NCBI GenBank assembly: GCA_964606285.1 | Contig: CAZSFP010000003.1 | Coordinates: 20,967 to 84,966, forward strand | Source of the DNA: an uncultured Candidatus Saccharibacteria bacterium | GTDB taxonomy: Bacteria; Patescibacteriota; Minisyncoccia; Phycocordibacterales; UBA9973 | DNA: 64,000 nucleotides | Reading direction: 5' to 3' | Shown here: piece after piece, positions 1-9,365 of the stretch | How the letters are laid out: each line of letters begins with the position of its first letter | How positions within the stretch are numbered: the stretch's first letter is position 1 | Program-made: the position numbers and the translations under genes | The notes under the pieces: generated by a model | Seen by the model: the letters and a program-made list of their open reading frames with translations, nothing else | What the model was told of the DNA's origin: nothing | Databases searched by the model: none

Positions 1-1840
1 TACTTGTTTCTTCTGTTCGAGAAACAGTATGTGAAACCGTATCAACTGGTGCTTTTTTCTCAGCAAGCTTTCGGATGACGAGAATAAGTGCGAGGATGAT
101 AAGGATCAAGAGCAACCATCCAGCGAGTGTATCTGGGAAGATATCTGCACCAAAGAGTGAGAGACCGACGAGTGATGAATTGTTTTTTGAAACAGTATTC
201 AACGCGTACGCGATCGCATCTTCTTGGGCACCAGACGGAAGGACTGTAAAGACCATATGTGCGGTCGTGACGAGAAGATCTCGGTCACCAGCACTTGGGA
301 GAATATCACCCTGAAGTGAGAATGTACCATTGTCACCAGGAGCGAGTGTTCCTAGTTCTACAGTGAGTCCATTGTCTGTTGAAAATGTTCCACGTGTTGA
401 ACGATTGAATGCAATTTCTTGTGGCAAGATAACGCGGATGATCGTGTTTGAAAGCGTCTTGTTGCTGATGTTCTTGTATTCAACGAGGAAGTTGACCACA
501 CCGCGAACATTGACGATTTCATAGTCAGGTGTGATCTTCAACATAACAAGGTTTGATCCAGAACCTGAACCAGTCGTAATGATTGTTGTTGTATTTGTTG
601 TTGGGGTAATAACAACTGTTTGGTTTGCTGTTGTGAAACTCATGACCTGACCATAGTCAGTACCATACGCATTTTGTGCAACTGCACGGAAGTAATAGAC
701 AGTGTTTTGTGAAAGATTATATATTGATTGCGAGAATGAGAGAACACCAGATGAACCGACAACTTGTGTCGAAGTCGTTGATCCAAAGTTTTGCGTTGTG
801 CCGTATTCGAACCATACTGTTGTTGCAGATGATGAAGAGATAGAAACAACTCCATTCAATCGCGCAGATGATTGTCCGACTGATGTTGCGGTAACTGTTG
901 TTACGTCAGGTGCGATATTTTGCTGAACATAATTGTATTCGTCAGTATCGTATATAGATGAACAACCAAGATCGTTCATATCGATGCGACCGTCGGCATC
1001 ATTGTCATAACCATCATTACATGCGTAGACTTGTGGTTGTACGTAGTTGTATTCATCAGTGTCAAAAGATGAAGAACAGCCGAGGTCGTTCATGTCGATA
1101 CGTCCATCTCCATCGTTATCATATCCATCATTACATGCGTAGACTTGTGGTTGCACGTAGTTGTATTCATCAGTATCAGATGATGATGAACAACCTGCAT
1201 CTTGCATATCGACATATCCATCAGCATCATTGTCGATACCGTCGTTACATGCGAATGTTTGCTGTTGGACATTGTTTCCAACGACATAGTGAAAGACGAC
1301 AGAACCTTGTGATGACCAACCAGGATTGATCGTGCCGATGTTAAGACCCGCACCAAAGAGTTCAATACCAGTCTGTCCGTTTGGAAGAGATTGTCCGACA
1401 GTCGTCTGGTTTGGGAACCATCGTGCTGAACCAGGAACATACGTCAATGTCTGTGCAGATGAAATCTGAACTGTTGATGAGCCATATGCCATACCTGCGA
1501 CGTTACCAGAGATCGTGTGTGCTGTTTGTGCACCAGTACTCTGTGGTGTCGTGATACGAAGCATTGTGTTGTTCGATGCAGTCGTACCAGTATTGTGGTA
1601 ATAGATCGCAACAGAGACGATTTGTCCTGGTTGCATGATCGGACTTGAACAATTGTTGTTCGTTCCTGGGATTGCTGTTACCCAACACGCTGATGTGTTT
1701 GGATTAACAGAGTTATTGTTCACGCGAATTGTCGCGCGGTCTTGCTGACTTGTGTTGAAGCTTACCTGTGCATCAACAGTACCGGCAAAAACGCCGAAAC
1801 CGAGAACAAAGGCAAACATTGTGATAAAAATTCTTTTCAT
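1..1840 (-). CDS. Large secreted cell-surface protein (partial; C-terminal part runs off the window start). Signal peptide, three ~38-aa Cys-bounded Asp-rich repeats (ACNDGxDNDxDGxxDMxDxGCSSSxDTDEYNYVQPQVY) resembling calcium-binding thrombospondin-type-3-like repeats, an fn3-like module (YYFRAVAQNAYGTDYG) and a hydrophobic segment near the C-terminus
   Basis: Manual reverse-strand translation from ATG at 1840 is open to position 1. It is absent from the ORF track because no stop lies in the window. The N-terminus MKRIFITMFAFVLGFGVFAGTVDAQ is signal-peptide-like, and the tandem repeats are visible as DNA repeats at ~900-1260. Confidence 0.6.
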   Translation of the reverse strand, partial: MKRIFITMFAFVLGFGVFAGTVDAQVSFNTSQQDRATIRVNNNSVNPNTSACWVTAIPGTNNNCSSPIMQPGQIVSVAIYYHNTGTTASNNTMLRITTPQSTGAQTAHTISGNVAGMAYGSSTVQISSAQTLTYVPGSARWFPNQTTVGQSLPNGQTGIELFGAGLNIGTINPGWSSQGSVVFHYVVGNNVQQQTFACNDGIDNDADGYVDMQDAGCSSSSDTDEYNYVQPQVYACNDGYDNDGDGRIDMNDLGCSSSFDTDEYNYVQPQVYACNDGYDNDADGRIDMNDLGCSSIYDTDEYNYVQQNIAPDVTTVTATSVGQSSARLNGVVSISSSSATTVWFEYGTTQNFGSTTSTQVVGSSGVLSFSQSIYNLSQNTVYYFRAVAQNAYGTDYGQVMSFTTANQTVVITPTTNTTTIITTGSGSGSNLVMLKITPDYEIVNVRGVVNFLVEYKNISNKTLSNTIIRVILPQEIAFNRSTRGTFSTDNGLTVELGTLAPGDNGTFSLQGDILPSAGDRDLLVTTAHMVFTVLPSGAQEDAIAYALNTVSKNNSSLVGLSLFGADIFPDTLAGWLLLILIILALILVIRKLAEKKAPVDTVSHTVSRTEETS

Positions 1841-2046
1841 AATATATAAAATCAATTACTGTCTAGTAAGACTCCTATTATATCACGTAGATTTAAATAG
1901 TCAAGCTAGCCCGCACACTCAATTTGCTATTATTTTTTGTTGCAATAGTACCTCATTTTCATAAACAAATTATCAAAAATACAACTATTCATATAGAAAA
2001 AATAAAATATAATGCAACGATAGCAAAATGAGTGTACGGGCAAGTA

Positions 2047-2083
2047 AAAAATCCCGCATCCATCTGTGGAGTGCGGGATTTTA
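2047..2083 (-). terminator. Hairpin plus T-run downstream of the 2106..3929 gene
   Basis: aaaaaatcccgcatccatctgtggagtgcgggatttt: inverted repeat flanked by A/T runs. Confidence 0.5.
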
Positions 2084-2105
2084 TGTGAACATTATCGCAA
2101 TTTAT

Positions 2106-3929
2106 CTACCTTTTGGTCAAACCCATGTTTTGACTTCTCATCATGGGAGGTGCTTGTTGCACCCGCATATTCCCGGCACCATTTTGCATTCTTGGTGCAG
2201 GAGCAACATTTTGTCTTTGATTCTGTTGCTGATTGACATTCATCCTTGGAGCAGGGTTTTGATTCCCTGTTCTTTTTGATAAACCAAAGTTTTCACTTCG
2301 TTGGAAATTGTTTCCATTATCAACCCTGTAGTTTTGACCATTGTTCGCATTGAAGCTTTTTTGAAGCCCTTCATTACCTCGTGCGGACATGTTGTTCTGA
2401 AATGTTTGTTGTCCATTTTTCTGATTCACATCACTGCGAACAGAAGCAGTTTTAGCTGCCAAACTCATGTTCTGTTGACCATTACTCACTTGCTTGTTCT
2501 GTAATGCCATAGCACTGAATTCTTTCAACGTTTTGGACTGTGTGTCCGAACTACGTAATGTCTGATTCGCAGTTTTACTTGCTGTCTCAGTTTGGAAACT
2601 TTTTGTGTAGTTTTCCAATTGTGTTTGTTTTGCAAACACTTCATTGTTCATTCCGTTTATTTTTGAATTCATCGCGAGAGCAGATGGGCCGGTCTCAAAA
2701 CTTTTTTTACCAGAGAGCTGTTGCTGACTGGTCACTTTCTCGTTTGTATTCACTGAAAGTGATTTTGTTTCGAAACTACCTTTGAATGACTCTACATGCT
2801 GGGCAGTCGTTTCATCGGTTTTTCCTGACCCCGGATCAACGGGATCATTGCCTGAACCAGGATCTGTTCCATCACCAGTTGTTGTTCCTGGATCGATTGG
2901 ATCAACGGGATTACCATTCTCATCAAATCCTGAAGGAGGGTCAACAGGTCCTCCGTCGTCTACGACAGGAGGCTCTTTTTGATCAACGGTAGTCGTGTGA
3001 ATCCAGTTGTAGTTGTTGTTATTATTGGTATTGTTGTTGTCAATGAAGATATTGATGTCACCATCATCATCGTCACCATAGTAATTATTTGTGTAATAAT
3101 TATTTATATAACTCGATGGTGTAAAATTATTCCCACCGCAGCTACCACAATTTCCATACCCATAACTTCCAATTCCTGCATAGGCAGTGAATCCAAGTGG
3201 ACCAATACCAAACCCTGCATAGGCACCCATTCCGTATCCATAGCATGGGTCGTAATAGTAAGGGTTATAATTATAACCCCCAGTAAATCCATACATTGAA
3301 CCCACTGACTGACTGCCGTAGCCACCATTATAAGAATCATTATCTTCTGTAGGTGGTACGGTGATGTTAATGTCACCAACCGATGCAGTCGCTGTTGCAA
3401 CTGCACTGGCATTACCACCTTTTGAGGTGGCAGTATCAGTGGTTGTTTCAACTAGTGGCGTTTCATTTGGAATACCGTGCTTGCTCCAAAGCAAATTTGC
3501 GCAATCAAGTGAAGCAATTTCTATATCTTCACCACGCACTACCCTGTGGAGAATTTCTTCTCCACCAAAACGGGTTTTGGGAAGTCTTGTAAACCATTTA
3601 ACATTGCCGTCGCAATTTCTTGCGACATTCATTTCCCCAGAAGCTTTTTTAATATCACAGCCCTCTAGAAATGCTATTGCATCTTCGCGGGTAATTTCAC
3701 CCAATCCCCAGCCGCGAAAAACATTGTGCCACTGAAGCAGTGTAATTAATTCAGACATTTTAAATTCATCGTTAAGGTATTCAGTGATGAATTCTTGTTT
3801 GGTCATTTGACGGGTGTAATTTGTACCAGTACGGAAATCATTGCACATTCCGTCCTGTGCGTTTGCGGTTACAGCGGAGATACTCAACGCTATAACCATT
3901 GCGATAATGTTGTTAAAGAACTTTTTCAT
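2106..3929 (-). CDS. Secreted protein with an N-terminal globular region, a Gly/Tyr/Asn-rich low-complexity core, a Pro/Asp/Gly linker and a Gln/Asn-rich C-terminal third
   Basis: 607-aa ORF with signal peptide MKKFFNNIIAMVIALSISAVTANA. Composition-biased segments (GYGMGAYAGFGIGPLGF..., NNNTNNNNNYNW, QQNQRQN) are seen directly in the translation. Confidence 0.55.
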   Translation of the reverse strand: MKKFFNNIIAMVIALSISAVTANAQDGMCNDFRTGTNYTRQMTKQEFITEYLNDEFKMSELITLLQWHNVFRGWGLGEITREDAIAFLEGCDIKKASGEMNVARNCDGNVKWFTRLPKTRFGGEEILHRVVRGEDIEIASLDCANLLWSKHGIPNETPLVETTTDTATSKGGNASAVATATASVGDINITVPPTEDNDSYNGGYGSQSVGSMYGFTGGYNYNPYYYDPCYGYGMGAYAGFGIGPLGFTAYAGIGSYGYGNCGSCGGNNFTPSSYINNYYTNNYYGDDDDGDINIFIDNNNTNNNNNYNWIHTTTVDQKEPPVVDDGGPVDPPSGFDENGNPVDPIDPGTTTGDGTDPGSGNDPVDPGSGKTDETTAQHVESFKGSFETKSLSVNTNEKVTSQQQLSGKKSFETGPSALAMNSKINGMNNEVFAKQTQLENYTKSFQTETASKTANQTLRSSDTQSKTLKEFSAMALQNKQVSNGQQNMSLAAKTASVRSDVNQKNGQQTFQNNMSARGNEGLQKSFNANNGQNYRVDNGNNFQRSENFGLSKRTGNQNPAPRMNVNQQQNQRQNVAPAPRMQNGAGNMRVQQAPPMMRSQNMGLTKR

Positions 3930-4003
3930 TCCTGAAATTTTTTTTAGTTAATACTTAAACGTTCCCATAGAGTATAGCAAGAAAATAGCCTTTTGTCAAG
4001 GGC

Positions 4004-5743
4004 ATGAATTTGGATTTTATCCTTTATACTAAAGGGTATATGGCGACATTCCAAGAAGACGATCAAATCAAAAAACTCGAAGAGCTCCGTGAACAAGAAG
4101 AGGAAGACCTCGTTCGGATTCTCGCTGAAACCCGGTATCATCTCCCCTACGTGAATCTTGCAAGTATTATCATCGACAATGAAGCACTTTCTTATTTGAC
4201 CGAAGCCGAGGCACGGTCACTCGAAGTTGGACCATTCAAAGTATCTGGTAAACATATCTATGTCGGTGTTCGTTCACCAAATCACGAAGGTTTGCCGGCA
4301 CTTCGCGATACACTTATTCGCAAAGGGTTGATTCCAACGTTCTACATGGTCTCACAAAAAAGTTTGAACAAAGTTTGGGAACGGTACACAGAACTTTCTC
4401 ATGCGACAGAATCACGTATCGGTGGTTTCGACATCGAAGGCGATCGTATGAAAGAACTCGGCGAGAAAATTGTCCGTTTTCAAGACGTTCAGAAAAATAT
4501 TTCTGATTGTATTCGTGAAAACAAACCTCACAAGATTTCACAAATTCTCGAAATCATTCTCGCGGGCGGCATATCACTCGATGCATCTGATGTGCACATC
4601 GAACCAGAAGAAACCGATATTCGTATCCGCTATCGTCTCGACGGTGTACTCCAAGACGTCGCGAGTCTCGATATCGGACTCAACCACTTGATCAACGCTC
4701 GACTAAAACTCCTCGCAGGTATGAAGCTCACGAACAGCGCAATGGCACAGGATGGCCGCATCAGTATTTTCCTCGATGACATGGAGATCAGTCTTCGTGT
4801 CTCGACTGTCCCGGGAACATACGGCGAATCCATCGTCATGCGTATTTTGAATCCCAAAAAAATCCGTATTCAACCTGAGGAACTCGGTATTGATCCTGAA
4901 TTATTCAAAATCATCGATAAAGAAATCAGAAAACCAAATGGCATGATCCTCATCACTGGTCCGACAGGATCTGGAAAAACGACGACATTGTATGCATTCT
5001 TGCAGCGCATCTACACACCGGAAGTCAAAGTCATCACCATCGAAGACCCAATCGAATATCACTTGAAGGGCATCACCCAGACACAGACAGAAAAAGAAAA
5101 AGGATATGGATTCCTCCAAGGCTTGCGTGCAGCACTCCGTCAAGACCCTGACATCATCATGGTCGGTGAAATCCGCGATGCCGAAACCGCACAAATCGCT
5201 GTCGAATCTGCACTCACTGGTCACATTGTCTTTTCAACGCTTCACACCAACAATGCTGGTGGTGTCATCCCTCGTATGATCGATCTCGAAGTCAATCCAA
5301 AAATTCTCGTCTCTGCACTTTCGCTCTCTATGGCACAACGTACCGTTCGTCGCCTCTGTCAGCACTGCAAAGTATCATATACACCAACCGAGTACGAAGA
5401 ATCAATATTACGAAATATTTTAAGAATGGCTGATGCAAACAAGAAAGGTATTGAGCGGTACAAACTCACACCTGACATGCCGATCACACTCTACAAACCT
5501 GTCGGCTGTGACCTCTGTCATGGTATCGGATATAAAGGATTGATCGGTATCTTTGAAGCGATTCTCACCGATGAGGCAATCGAAAAAATAATCCCGACAA
5601 ATCCCTCTGAACGTGAAATCAAAAAAGTTGCCAAAGCGCAAGGGATATTTGATATGCGCGAAGACGGCGCGGTAAAAATTCTCTCCGGTATCACATCTTT
5701 TGAAGAAGTTCGAAGTGTCGTGGATCTCGAAGAGGAAATTTAG
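4004..5743 (+). CDS. pilB: Type IV pilus assembly / type II secretion ATPase (PilB/GspE family)
   Basis: Walker A GPTGSGKTTT, conserved VGEIRD, Asp/His boxes and tetracysteine (CQHC...CDLC) typical of GspE/PilB; 579 aa. An alternative start at 4040 (MATFQ..., RBS-like AAAGGG upstream) is possible. Confidence 0.85.
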   Translation: MNLDFILYTKGYMATFQEDDQIKKLEELREQEEEDLVRILAETRYHLPYVNLASIIIDNEALSYLTEAEARSLEVGPFKVSGKHIYVGVRSPNHEGLPALRDTLIRKGLIPTFYMVSQKSLNKVWERYTELSHATESRIGGFDIEGDRMKELGEKIVRFQDVQKNISDCIRENKPHKISQILEIILAGGISLDASDVHIEPEETDIRIRYRLDGVLQDVASLDIGLNHLINARLKLLAGMKLTNSAMAQDGRISIFLDDMEISLRVSTVPGTYGESIVMRILNPKKIRIQPEELGIDPELFKIIDKEIRKPNGMILITGPTGSGKTTTLYAFLQRIYTPEVKVITIEDPIEYHLKGITQTQTEKEKGYGFLQGLRAALRQDPDIIMVGEIRDAETAQIAVESALTGHIVFSTLHTNNAGGVIPRMIDLEVNPKILVSALSLSMAQRTVRRLCQHCKVSYTPTEYEESILRNILRMADANKKGIERYKLTPDMPITLYKPVGCDLCHGIGYKGLIGIFEAILTDEAIEKIIPTNPSEREIKKVAKAQGIFDMREDGAVKILSGITSFEEVRSVVDLEEEI

Positions 5744-5779
5744 ATGAATGTCTAATATCTAAAAAATACAAAAGAAAAA

Positions 5780-5810
5780 CCCTTCACATGACGTGAAGGG
5801 TTTTTCTTTT
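5780..5810 (+). terminator. Intrinsic terminator after pilB
   Basis: cccttcacatgacgtgaaggg hairpin followed by tttttctttt. Confidence 0.6.
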
Positions 5811-6086
5811 GACAACACTTTTAAGTAAAAAACAAAAATCTCTAAACAATCCTTGTCCCAATCAATGACACAAGTAACATATCCTTGAAGGATAGACCCA
5901 GTAATATAAAAATAAACCAGAACGTCCTCCGCACAGATGTAGAGGCAGTGCCTGATTGCTTAGAGATTTTTGTCTTCTCAACCCATTTGTCAAAGCGAAC
6001 TCAACAAGTGTATACTATACCATATCTGTAAAGCTCGAATTACATTATAGCAAAATTTATACATTTGTCAAGCACACCCCTCTTTT

Positions 6087-7058
6087 ATGTCTCATGATTC
6101 ACATCTCGACCTTACACTGCGTCCCAACACATGGGCAGAATACATTGGCCAAGATTCTATCAAAAAGAATCTTCATATTCTCCTGACTGCAGCAAAAGAA
6201 CGCAATCATCCGGCAGAACACATCCTCTTTTATGGTCCACCAGGTCTCGGTAAGACGACACTCGCCCATTTGATCGCCCATGAAACGGGTCGTCAGATCA
6301 AAATCACCTCAGGTCCGGCTATTGAAAAGGTCGGTGATCTCGCATCTATTCTCACGAACCTCTCACCAGGTGATATCGTCTTTATCGATGAGATACATAG
6401 ACTCAACAAAATGATCGAAGAGGTCCTCTATCCTGCGATGGAGTCCGGTGTACTTGATATCATCATCGGCAAAGGTCCATCTGCTCGCACGATTCAGCTC
6501 GAGCTCCCGCCGTTCACACTAATTGCCGCAACAACACGAGTCGCCTTACTCTCATCTCCGCTCCGTTCCCGATTTTCCGGCGGCACGTTTCGTCTCGAAT
6601 TTTATTCTGAAAAAGAAATTGAGCAAATTGTGAAACGAAGTGCAAGCATCCTCGGTATCGGCATCGATGACGAAGCGATCAGTGAGATCGCCAAACGTTC
6701 ACGCTTCACACCTCGCACCGCCAACTATTTCCTCAAGCGTTGCCGTGACTATGCGCAAGTACACAAAAAAGATCTCGACAAGAAAACGGTCTTTCTCGCC
6801 CTCTCACTCCTCGGCATCGATGAACTCGGTCTGTCTGAATCCGACCGCATGATTCTCTCGACCATCATCGAGAAATTTGATGGCGGTCCGGTTGGTCTCA
6901 ACACCATCGCCGCGGCAACCAGCGAAGAAGAAGCAACGATCGAAGAAGTCACGGAACCCTATCTCATCCAACGCGGGTTATTGGAAAGAACTCCTCGAGG
7001 AAGAACCGCTACTCAGAAAGCTTATAAACATTTAGGTTTTGATTTTCCTGAGAAATAA
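6087..7058 (+). CDS. ruvB: Holliday junction branch-migration helicase RuvB
   Basis: GPPGLGKTTLAHLIA Walker A, DEIHRL Walker B, the typical RuvB N-terminus (LRPxxxxEYIGQ) and a winged-helix C-terminus. Confidence 0.9.
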   Translation: MSHDSHLDLTLRPNTWAEYIGQDSIKKNLHILLTAAKERNHPAEHILFYGPPGLGKTTLAHLIAHETGRQIKITSGPAIEKVGDLASILTNLSPGDIVFIDEIHRLNKMIEEVLYPAMESGVLDIIIGKGPSARTIQLELPPFTLIAATTRVALLSSPLRSRFSGGTFRLEFYSEKEIEQIVKRSASILGIGIDDEAISEIAKRSRFTPRTANYFLKRCRDYAQVHKKDLDKKTVFLALSLLGIDELGLSESDRMILSTIIEKFDGGPVGLNTIAAATSEEEATIEEVTEPYLIQRGLLERTPRGRTATQKAYKHLGFDFPEK

Positions 7059-7205
7059 TTTTTAAATTATATTTTCGAGGAGTTCAGTCACGAACGACTT
7101 ACAGTCGCAGTACACCTTTTGGATATTTTGTTTCAAGTCTTCACAAAATATCTCAAAAGGTCTTGCGCCGCAGTCCCGCAAGCGGGTTCCCAATTCTGCG
7201 GCTCA

Positions 7206-7271
7206 CCACGCGGCCGCACTGCCACAAAAAAAGCGTATGAACATCTTGAATTTGAATGGAAAGAAAAATAA
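7206..7271 (+). repeat. Degenerate second copy of the ruvB 3' end (encodes PRGRTATKKAYEHLEFEWKEK* versus the genuine PRGRTATQKAYKHLGFDFPEK*), lying immediately before a strong terminator
   Basis: Manual in-frame translation of 7206-7271: 14 of 21 residues are identical to the ruvB C-terminus. It is preceded by an unusually GC-rich block at ~7160-7220. Confidence 0.6.
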
Positions 7272-7306
7272 AAAAAATCCCTCGTACATGCGAGGGATTT
7301 TACTTT
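7272..7306 (+). terminator. Intrinsic terminator
   Basis: aaaaaaaatccctcgtacatgcgagggatttt: perfect stem ccctcg/cgaggg followed by a T-run. Confidence 0.65.
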
Positions 7307-7894
7307 TTAGCTATGATGCCAAATTTTGTATTCAAGCTTTGACAGCTTGTACGGTGGCGGTATTGTATAGTTTCCTTTTTTGTCTTTTCTCCACGGCAGC
7401 TGTATTTTTACAGTCACATAAATTTGTTTGTGATTTTCAACATACGAACAGTGTCCTTTGTACATGTTTGCCTGATTCTTGTTAACAATTTTCTTGTTCT
7501 GAAACAGAAGGAACAGGTCATACACAAGAAGCTCAAGCAAAGTAACTGGTGAACTTTCATGAGTAATATATGAAGCATTTTTCTGTCTCGTTCTCATTAC
7601 CCTTTCATCTGGATCTTTGAGATATACTTCAAAAGTCTTAACTTTTTTTGCCAACATATCAAAACATTTCTGGAGAGTAATCTCTTTTGGAACAACAATA
7701 ATAATCCATCCGATGGTCGGTTCGCCAAGCTCTTTGAAATCTTCAATTTTTATATCAAGTGAAAACCATTGTTTGTAAAATGAAATCCATTTTTGAATAA
7801 CTTTTGATTTTGATAATCTATTTCTTTTTTGAGAAGTAACCAAATTATCAACATCTTGTAAAAATCTTTCAGAAAATTCATTATCTGCATGCAT
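7307..7894 (-). CDS. Hypothetical protein
   Basis: 195-aa ORF with no recognisable motif. Confidence 0.4.
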   Translation of the reverse strand: MHADNEFSERFLQDVDNLVTSQKRNRLSKSKVIQKWISFYKQWFSLDIKIEDFKELGEPTIGWIIIVVPKEITLQKCFDMLAKKVKTFEVYLKDPDERVMRTRQKNASYITHESSPVTLLELLVYDLFLLFQNKKIVNKNQANMYKGHCSYVENHKQIYVTVKIQLPWRKDKKGNYTIPPPYKLSKLEYKIWHHS

Positions 7895-7998
7895 GTTGTT
7901 TTAGTTTTTTTGTGAATGAACTTTTTACACTGTCAGACAACAAATTTATTTGCGGTCTGAATAATGTGGGCGGAACTAGATTGTCCCGCCCATTGTAT

Positions 7999-8490
7999 TT
8001 AATCTGCAAGTTTTGTTTCAATATAGGTAAATTTCTTTCTTAATTTTACATACCAGTTTTTATCTATATCATCTCCTGCATCTCCCTCACATATGGTTTT
8101 CACCATAAAAATAAAATTTTCTTCGGTTTTCGGCACTACAATAATATTCGTACACCATGCATTCTTTCCACTCACCGCATATTTTACAATCTGGTCCCTT
8201 TCATGTTCCACACTTGTTGTTGTAAACAATATAGCCGGCAACCCATATCCATGTCCTCCTACATGCGCAGTACGTATGTATTCATTATAAAAAGTATTAC
8301 CATTTTCATAAAATAAACTTCCTACAAAAGCAGGCATTTGTTCCAATATTGGTTCTCTTTCTTCACCGGGTATTTGTGCGGGTGCAGTAGTAAACAGTAT
8401 TTCATCGTACCATTCAGGTAATTCTCTTTTTGCTAAAGCTTTAAATTGTTCTAAAACATACTCATGTTTTTGTGAAAATATTATTTTCAT
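7999..8490 (-). CDS. Hypothetical protein
   Basis: 163-aa ORF with no recognisable motif. Confidence 0.45.
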   Translation of the reverse strand: MKIIFSQKHEYVLEQFKALAKRELPEWYDEILFTTAPAQIPGEEREPILEQMPAFVGSLFYENGNTFYNEYIRTAHVGGHGYGLPAILFTTTSVEHERDQIVKYAVSGKNAWCTNIIVVPKTEENFIFMVKTICEGDAGDDIDKNWYVKLRKKFTYIETKLAD

Positions 8491-9158
8491 TTCATGTCTG
8501 TTCAGTATCCCTGTTCCCGGCTTTAGTTTATGAATGAACTTTTTCTCTACAAGATTTCAATCAGAGATTAAAATCTTGATAAAGAAAGTGAGTTGTTTTT
8601 TAGACAACTCACTACTATTTGAGGCCTTTCTTATTTCCTACACCTGGTTGCTCACCGGCAACAGGCATTCTCTCTCGAGAAATTTTTTTCAAATTCAAAA
8701 ATAAGCGGTCATAACCTTTGCTTCCAGCTCACTTGCAGGAAGACTTTCCAGATAATTTTAATTTGAAAAGAACTAATGATTTTTTAGGATTTGATCCTAG
8801 GCTTTTTACCTTTCTCGGTACTTGATACGCCATGGGCATATACAAACTCACTTCATTTGAGTTCGTCTAAGGTGTCGATAGACCTCAAGAATTCGAGAAT
8901 GAAAGACTATGCTTCAAAAACTCCTACGGTGTCCGTAGTATTTCCCTTGCGGGTTTTGCGTCTCCACACATCTTTCGGGGAACGTTCGCTACCTACCGAT
9001 GGTAGTATACTTGTCCAAACTACACAGACTATGCCAAGAGATTTTCGGTTCTCTTGCCACGCGGACAACATAAGCCACTCGTATATCATCTGTATACAAA
9101 CCTTTGTTTGTTTTTATGAAGAACAAACACTCATTCTTTTTTGCCAGAGGCTCGGGTA

Positions 9159-9365
9159 CTATGCTTCACCGAGCTTTGATTGGTCTTTTTCTCTGTCTGC
9201 ATGAAGTTCATATATTGCATACATGGTCGATACTACGAAAATAAATCCGTAACATCCCAGTACTTTTTTGAATGTATCCATCGCATCAGGACGAACACCT
9301 CCAAAACAGTAACTAGCCAGTAACAATGCACAAACCATCAAAGACACTATGGACATTTTCCACAT
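9159..9365 (-). CDS. Small two-helix membrane protein (hypothetical)
   Basis: 68-aa ORF with two hydrophobic stretches. It is the only plausible protein in the 8.5-9.9 kb gap. Confidence 0.3.
   Translation of the reverse strand: MWKMSIVSLMVCALLLASYCFGGVRPDAMDTFKKVLGCYGFIFVVSTMYAIYELHADREKDQSKLGEA

Noticed and set aside
60-180. LPXTG sortase sorting signal at the hydrophobic segment of the large surface protein (FPDTLAGW + TM + RK)
   Set aside because: The motif is PDTLAG, not LPxTG, and the ORF continues well past the basic stretch, so it is not a C-terminal sorting signal.
958-1329. His/Arg/Cys-rich 123-aa plus-strand ORF (and other short ORFs at 640-1688)
   Set aside because: It is antisense to, and entirely inside, the large minus-strand surface-protein gene. 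Its odd composition simply mirrors the Asp-rich repeat codons on the other strand.
8780-9200. Possible RNase P RNA (gaaagacuaugcuuc ... cuacgguguccguag resembling P4/P5.1 of type B), tmRNA or SRP RNA
   Set aside because: I could not find the complementary P4 3' strand, a tRNA-like T-arm/CCA end, or the SRP domain IV GGAA motif by eye. Left as an unconfirmed ncRNA candidate needing a covariance-model search.
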